Below are positions 49,426 to 64,000 of a DNA stretch of 64,000 nucleotides, one piece after another (within the stretch, counting starts at the first letter, position 1; each line of letters starts with the position of its first letter). A model generated the notes under the pieces. That model saw only the letters and a program-made list of their open reading frames with translations, had not been told where the DNA came from and ran no database searches. This DNA comes from Ylistrum balloti. Lineage: Eukaryota. The position numbers were made by a program, and so were the translations under genes. The stretch is taken from positions 186,001 through 250,000 of the forward strand of contig NW_026782404.1 of assembly GCF_031769215.1 (NCBI RefSeq). Reading direction: 5' to 3'.

Positions 49426-50548
49426 CTGAACCCCATAAAAAATGCAAGTACATTTTCATGTGAAAAATTTTAGTTGACATTTTGTATACTAGTGTTAATA
49501 TCAATAATATGAAGTTGTGAATGCCAATGATGAAATGGCATGCTTTTTGCAATCACAGGTGTTACCTATACAGGTGAGTGTTCATCGAGACATGTCCTTT
49601 ATAAAGTGGTCTATCCCAAAAACATTCATTCAATGACGGTAGCACAAATAATGCTCATTGCAGAGAAAAATGGTTCTTGGAAGTTTGCAGGCGGGTACTT
49701 CTGCTACTATTGTATACTGTTTCTGATTGTCCTCGGCCTGGGAGACCAAGGGTGACAACTCAGGCCCAAGATCACTATATTCTGGTAACTCACCTTCATA
49801 ACTTCACCAGGCTTGCTTGACGCTTCTAACATACGGATACTGTTTCTGATCGTCCTCGGCTGGGGAGACTAAGGGTGACGACTCTGGCCAAAGATCGTTA
49901 CATTCTGGTAACTCGCCTTCATAACTGGGCCTAGCCTGCAACTAGAAAAGCAGCTGCCATCAGAGTTGGATGGCACCCAGTGTCTGCTGAGACTGCCGAC
50001 GTCACCTACACAGAAAGGCATTAAATGCCAATGTTCTCAGGCCTTACGTTGTTCCCTTTTTTGCTGCACAGTCACAACTACAGTTTGACCAGCAAGGAAA
50101 CACCGTCCCCACACTGCTCAAGTACCTATGGGTTTCCTTGCACAGAATAATATGAATGTCCTCTCTTGGCTATCTCTTTCACTGGATATGGCACAAATAG
50201 AACGTGTGGGATGAAATTGGGAGAAAAATCGCTGCTGGCAGAGCTCCATTGCCATGTGCACAGCTAGAACAGAAACCCAGGCATTCTTCCAGACTCAGCA
50301 ATTCCATGTATCCTTTATCAATGCCTTAGGCGGAAACACACATCATTGACCGATTTGTGATTTTCCTTTCATGGGGGTACCTGCATAGTATAGACAGTAG
50401 AAAAAGTAAATTTTAGGAAATAAAATCTAGCCACATTTTGTTTAATTTCAATTTAAAAAAACTGTTGAATAAATAAGTAAAAATTTGGTTTCTGTTTTTG
50501 ATTTCTTACAAAAACTTAAGTAGGACTTGCTTTTCTTTTGGGGTTCAG
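49426..50548 (+). mobile_element. Internally deleted Tc1/mariner DNA transposon
   Basis: TA-flanked imperfect TIRs (ctgaaccccataaaaaatgcaag vs reverse complement ctgaaccccaaaagaaaagcaag). Transposase remnants: SDCPRPGRPRVTTQAQDHYIL (duplicated at a 123-bp offset) and NVLSWLSLSLDMAQIERVW, similar to WPxxSPDLNPIEHVW. Confidence 0.8.
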
Positions 50549-51829
50549 TAAATATCCATGTTATAGCTGACTAACAAACATGTGGTCAGTGTGAAACCTG
50601 TATCCATCATCTGCTACATTCTTCTAGATTTGTCAAGTTCCTTATATATTACAGGTGTGCCAATCACTTCTGTTATAACCAAAGGATCAAATCTTCAATG
50701 ATGGAGTTCATTCTGCAGGCAATTGCTGGTAGCATATTGTGGTCTTGTGGCATCTTTAATGTGACAAATGAACAGAAACAAATCATAAACTGTGAGGTCC
50801 AACTTGATGAATACGCTGCAGTGGGCCAGTACTTATTAAGGCGGCAGGGGGGTGGGGGAGGGGCCACAGAGTCACACTTGTATGACCAAGTGTTAAAAGT
50901 AGCCACATTGACTACAGTACACTGTTACCATCTGGTGTATTTTTTGGTCTATAATCTGTTTACCATCTCTTCACACTATTTTCGACCTTGGTGTACTGTC
51001 TTGTACACTATGTATGTCAGTGTTAGCGCACTTTACACTGGTAATTTGTCTAATGAAGGTGACTGTATAGTCATCGCAACATCACACTCTAATCTGCTAC
51101 AGGTTGTGTTATAAGAACTTCTATTCTAAAGCCTTTAAGTCAGGCGACTTTTCCACAACATCAACTTGCTTGGCTCACTGGGCTATGTAATCTAACAATT
51201 ATATCAAGCAATGAAACCCTTCAAGCCAGGCAACTGGTATCAATTTGTTAAGAAATCATCAAGACAAACAAACCATCAATAGAACATAATTTACTGTTTA
51301 AAAGTTTGTTTTTCAAACAAGTTCAGTATAAAAATAACATGGAGTTCTAATAGTAAAATCTTCAACATATCACAGTGATTCCTTAACACACACATAACTA
51401 AATAAATATAAGGAGTGTATTGATAGGGTTACTCTTCTCAGATTATCTATAATAAATTAATAGTACAGGGATGTAAAATTATTATAATAAAACACATTTG
51501 TAATAACAATTGACAACACATATGGCACGTGATATATAAGAGCAAACAAGACAATGGTCGAGATAGATATATACATTAACAACAAATGTGTGGATGTTAA
51601 TTAATACATTGTGAGTGCAGATATAGGTACCAGGACAACAAATATGAGGAAGACATACAAAGACAGCAGAAAAATATAAGCACACACTACACATACTACA
51701 CAGTAGACTAAGGTGAACATATTTGACAGTAAACCCAAGTAAGCACAATAGACAGTACACAAGTAGACACAGGTAAACATACTACAAAGTAGATAAAGGT
51801 GCTGTAGAAAAAATAAATACAGATTTTTG

Positions 51830-52540
51830 CAGGCGTTTACTTAGGGTGAGAAAATATACTAACAACATGCTGTACTCTGAATCTGGTAGATTAGCATTTT
51901 CAGTAATTCATAAAATAAGAATTATTAAGTACTAGCTAGAATCATTGGAGATGGAGAATGGTATCTTGAAGGCCTTGTATAATGACGTGTTATCTGTATC
52001 TCATTCAAAAACAAATTGGCTCATTAATATAAAAACATTAATGTCTCTAGGTTTTGGATATGTTTCATTTAACCAGAATGTTTGTTATAAATGACAGTTT
52101 ACATTCGACGTTAAACAATGCTTGATTGATGCTTCTGTACAAAATTCAAATTATTTCATAACTCTTATAAATGGTTTTTTGTATAGTTTCCCTCAAGATG
52201 TTAATTGTCTTCAGTACTATCTTAGGAAATCTTTACCAGAGTCATATACTTCAGTAATTGCAGAATTTAGGTTATCTTCACATGACCTTCGCATAGAAAG
52301 GGGCAGATACGAAAGAAGAACATCAAGAAATGAGAGAATATGTCAAAAATATAACTTCAGATATTGAAGATGAATTGCATTTAATTGTTTGTTCGTTTTA
52401 CAATGTTCTTAGAACTCAATATATTGATAGATATTATAGAATATCTCCATCTATGTTCAAACTAGTTAATCTCCTCTCTGTTATAAGAAAATAACAAAAT
52501 TTTAAGTAACCTAGCAAAATCTCTAGTTGCTATTTCTAAG
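51830..52540 (+). mobile_element. 3' fragment of a CR1/L2-group LINE
   Basis: FCRRLLRVRKYTNNMLYSESGR, SLGFGYV, IAEFRLSSHDLRIERGRY..RTSRNERIC and DIEDELH, with many frameshifts. Confidence 0.8.
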
Positions 52541-52589
52541 GTTAGATCAATGCAAATTCTTTACAATAAACATACCAGACAAGGCAGTA

Positions 52590-53465
52590 GATACATGTAA
52601 ACATGCTAGGCAAGATAGTAGATACATTAAAACATACTAGACAGTTGATACATGTAAACATACTAGACAGTAGATACAAGTAAACATACTAGACAGTAGA
52701 TACATGTAAACATACTAGACAGTAGATACATTAAAACATACTAGACAGTAAATACATATTAACATACTAGACAGTAGATATATGTAAACATACTAGACAG
52801 TAGATACATGTAAACATACTAGACAGTAGATACATGTAAACATACTAGACAGTAGATATATGTAAACATACTAGACAGTAGATACATGTAAACAACCAGT
52901 AGATACATGTAAACATACTAGACAGTAGAAACATGTAAACAACCAGTAGATACATGTAAACATACTAGACAGTAGATACATGTAAACATACTAGACAGTA
53001 GATACATGTAAACATACTAGACAGTAGATACATGTAAACATACTAGACAGTAGATACATGTAAACATACTAGACCGTAGATACATGTAAACATACTAGAC
53101 AGTAGATACATGTAAACATACTAGACAGTAGATACATGTAAACATACTAGACAGTAGATACATGTAAACATACTAGACTGTAGATACATGTAAACATACT
53201 AGACAGTAGATACATGTAAACATACTAGACCGTAGATACATGTAAACATACTAGACAGTAGATACATGTAAACATACTAGACAGTAGATACAAGTAAACA
53301 TATAAGACAATTGATACTTATAAATATACTAGACAGTCGATATATGTAAAAACATTTAGCAGTAGATACAAGTACATGTAAACATACCAGTAGCTACAAG
53401 TACATGTAAACATACCAGTAGCTACAAGTACATGTAAACATAACAGTAGATACAAGTAAACATAC
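52590..53465 (+). repeat. 26-bp tandem array (~33 copies)
   Basis: Unit catactagacagtagatacatgtaaa, period 26 (52981 and 53007); contains the palindrome tacatgta. Confidence 0.95.
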
Positions 53466-56216
53466 GAGCATTTCTATACACTTAATTGTCTACTAGCATT
53501 GATCAAAAGAGCTTCACTGATTAGAACAATGCATTAAGTGCAATCAGTAAAACATATCTGAAAACAACAAAAACATGCTCAACAAGAAAGTTGTAAAATA
53601 AGTCACATGCTTTCCAAGCATGACTATGGCCATTTAATTAATGACTAGATCAGTTGTCACCAATTTGTTTCTATCTAAGGTATATAAATATACCATTGGA
53701 GGAAAACATGAATTTAAACTTCATATCTCCTGTTTTACCTGTTCACTTATTACCAATGTACTTTGAACCAATAATCACACACATATTGGACATTGTCTAT
53801 CACAATACATCCATACATACATACATCTAGTACAACTCAACAACCCTGTCTGTTATATTCCAATGCTGTAATTAGAGAACTGTTTACTCAACTTAAATCA
53901 AGGATCACATGAGTTTTCATTTTTATATATGAAACATAAGGCTGTTTTAACAACCCATTTGTATGAGGGACAAATAGATGTTGGATTCTGTTTATCACAT
54001 GATCAATCTTTGTTGCTAGGATTCTGTTTATCACATGACCAAACTTTGTTGCCAATATTCCTAACAATACATTTACAGAATCAATTTGAAATTTAAGATA
54101 TCTGAAATTCTGATTCTGTAATATTTTCTGTTGCTACTTTTTGTGCAACTGAACCATGATGATGCCACTAAGCTGTGACACTGGAAAAAAAACGTACAGC
54201 CAGTCTCGGCACTGCTGCGATTTTATTTTAAACATTTGTTCCTTACATAATTTATATAATAGTCTCAGCACCTCTGGGATTTTATCTTAAACATATATTG
54301 CTAACATAATTTACGTCATGAACATAACAACACTTACACATTTTAATAATTTCAAACATGATCATTTTTCCTACACCATGAACACATTTGGTACAATACC
54401 AATATTTGGTTACCATAAAATCAGCTTTTTGAAAGACTAGCTCAACACTTTGGAAAATCTTCAAATAGAGAACTACACAAGCAACACAAAGCTGAGTGTT
54501 ACTCTGGCCCCACTACTGAACTGCTGTTCACACTGCCTGTTTTTACGAGTAAACTATGACAAAAATACATGTATTATGCTGTTAATATTTTGATTTGGCA
54601 TTAAATACTTAAATATTACCGGTAAGTAAGATTCACAGCATGAAATCACTTCAAATATTGCTAAATCTCTTTAAAGTCATGATGAAAATATTTAATGCAC
54701 AACTTTCCTCATTATCTGACTCAGAAGAGCAATCAGTCTGTTAATTTAACTATAATTATGTAAATTAATGTAATTATGTAAAATTTAAACAATTTTTCTA
54801 TGTAACCTTTCCAATTCTCGGAATGTACAATAAAGATATTAAACACTGATTATTAGTCAGTCTTAAAGATATACAATATACATGATATGGTAAATCAATC
54901 AAGATTATTAAAAACTTGTCTATAATTTCAAGATGAAAAAGATCATACATGTTCTTCAGACTTTCATGTAAAGACCTCTCTATAGATATACACAAAGAGA
55001 TAAAATGCCAGAAGAACTTACATATATGAATATTGGTAAAGTGTGTATTACATAAATATATATTTAATGGTGATGTGTAATTAAGCTCTGTAAATATTGT
55101 AGTAGACTAAAAAAGCACATAAGAAATGTATACATGAAGAAGTTATTGGATTCAATTTAATTTCCATTTACAAAGCTAATGATAACACTTGATGGGTACA
55201 AAAATAAGCTGACACGAAAAGTTCCGAGATATAAACAATCATACTCGGTAAAACAGCCTTCAGATATGTAATAAGCAATAGTACTATATAAAACAGGACT
55301 AAGTGGATAAATAATTTGTCTCTTTGGTTCCATCACATAAAACTACAGATAATACACAAATCACACATTTTACATGGGTCATAAAACATCTGGTCCTATA
55401 GTATCCAGTCATTTATAAAGAAAAAAATAAATATCAACCTTTCCACATGTATATGTATGTTCCTTCACTTCCGGAATGTTTTAAGTTAAATGGATTACTT
55501 ATGTCGTATAGGGCAAGCTCATTTTTAGGTCTTATTATGCACATGACTTACAATCACAAGCACAAACATTTAAAACAGACTACACTTATCTAACCAGTAA
55601 TATTTACTGAAGAAATAAGTTAAAATAATGTCAAATTCAAACTGTTGTCTCCTTCAAACAGCATGAAACGAAGACTTACCATTTCAGCTCTGGCTAATAA
55701 AATGACAAATATAGTGTTTTATCGCTGTAATTTTGTTTCCTCGCATCATTTGGTTGGGCAAGTAAAATGTACATGTACCTGCATTTTTGTAAGTTTGAGT
55801 TGGTACAATTTTTACGATTAAATCATTTAAAGTGTAGCATTTACTAAAGCAAACATAACACACTAATATTAAAACATCAACTATGGAGATCTGATCCTTC
55901 CCCTGTATGGATTGGCTTCACATAATCTAAAACATAGAGAGTTTGCAGGAACCCACAAAGGATGGTGACAATGACTCTGAACGTCTGTCTGATGCTGACT
56001 CACAGGTGGTCTACAGGAATGATGTAAACTGCTGCGACAATGACTTTGAACGTCTGTCTAATGCTGACTCACAGACGGTCTACAGGAATGACGTAAACTT
56101 CTGCAACAATGACTCTGAACGCCTGTCTGATGCTGACTCACAGACGGTCTACAGGAATGACGTAAACTGCTGCGACAATGACTTTGAAGATCAGTGTGAC
56201 ATTACTAGCAGACAGT

Positions 56217-63717
<7,501 letters not shown>

Positions 63718-64000
63718 CTGGTCATTACATACAAAAGAATTGATCAAAAATATACAATTCCTCAGTCCCTCTTCAGTAACTACATATTCCATACAAAATT
63801 GAACATTATTTTGTTAGTGGTGGATTCAATTTCACTGAATCAATATTGTGTGTGTAAAATGTCCAGTTATTAGGTAGGAGGATGTTTAATCTATTAAACT
63901 GATTGCTTAAACTTCATTTCAAATCTCATAATACTGACAGCAGCTGTATCTGAATATTTATAATACCTGTGTATAGTTAACATCAGAGATGGCTTCATCT

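Noticed and set aside
50698-51114. 138-aa plus-strand ORF
   Set aside because: No recognisable motif; it lies among TE remnants between convergent 3' ends.

Overview
AT-rich, intron-rich animal genomic DNA, most likely from a bivalve or other mollusc. That assignment is inferred from HINE/pearl-like elements carrying ~170-bp repeat cores, a DIRS element and a GIMAP gene. Five host genes were reconstructed by hand from GT-AG boundaries and reading-phase matching: the 5' part of WDR81 (minus, runs off the left end); a GIMAP/AIG1 GTPase (plus) with a frameshifted tail; a complete 12-exon TRPT1/Tpt1 gene (minus, ~702 aa); a complete 4-exon C1orf198/DUF4706 homolog (plus, ~389 aa); and the 3' PH-BEACH-WD40 part of LYST (minus, runs in from the right end). 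The standout is the TRPT1 gene. Its intact tRNA 2'-phosphotransferase domain sits between a G/R/S/Y/Q/N-rich disordered N-terminus and a C-terminal Egalitarian/EXD1-like 3'-5' exonuclease domain that has lost its catalytic acidic residues. A triple IRF-type element lies at its 5' end. TRPT1 and C1orf198 are head-to-head but are separated by ~8 kb of stacked mobile DNA (satellite, LINE, and a DIRS element with an intact right ITR/ICR). The window also holds LTR remnants, a Tc1 relic, a CR1-like LINE and about ten tandem arrays, several of which copy splice sites or the LYST stop codon. No database searches were run, so family calls rest on motifs recognised by eye.
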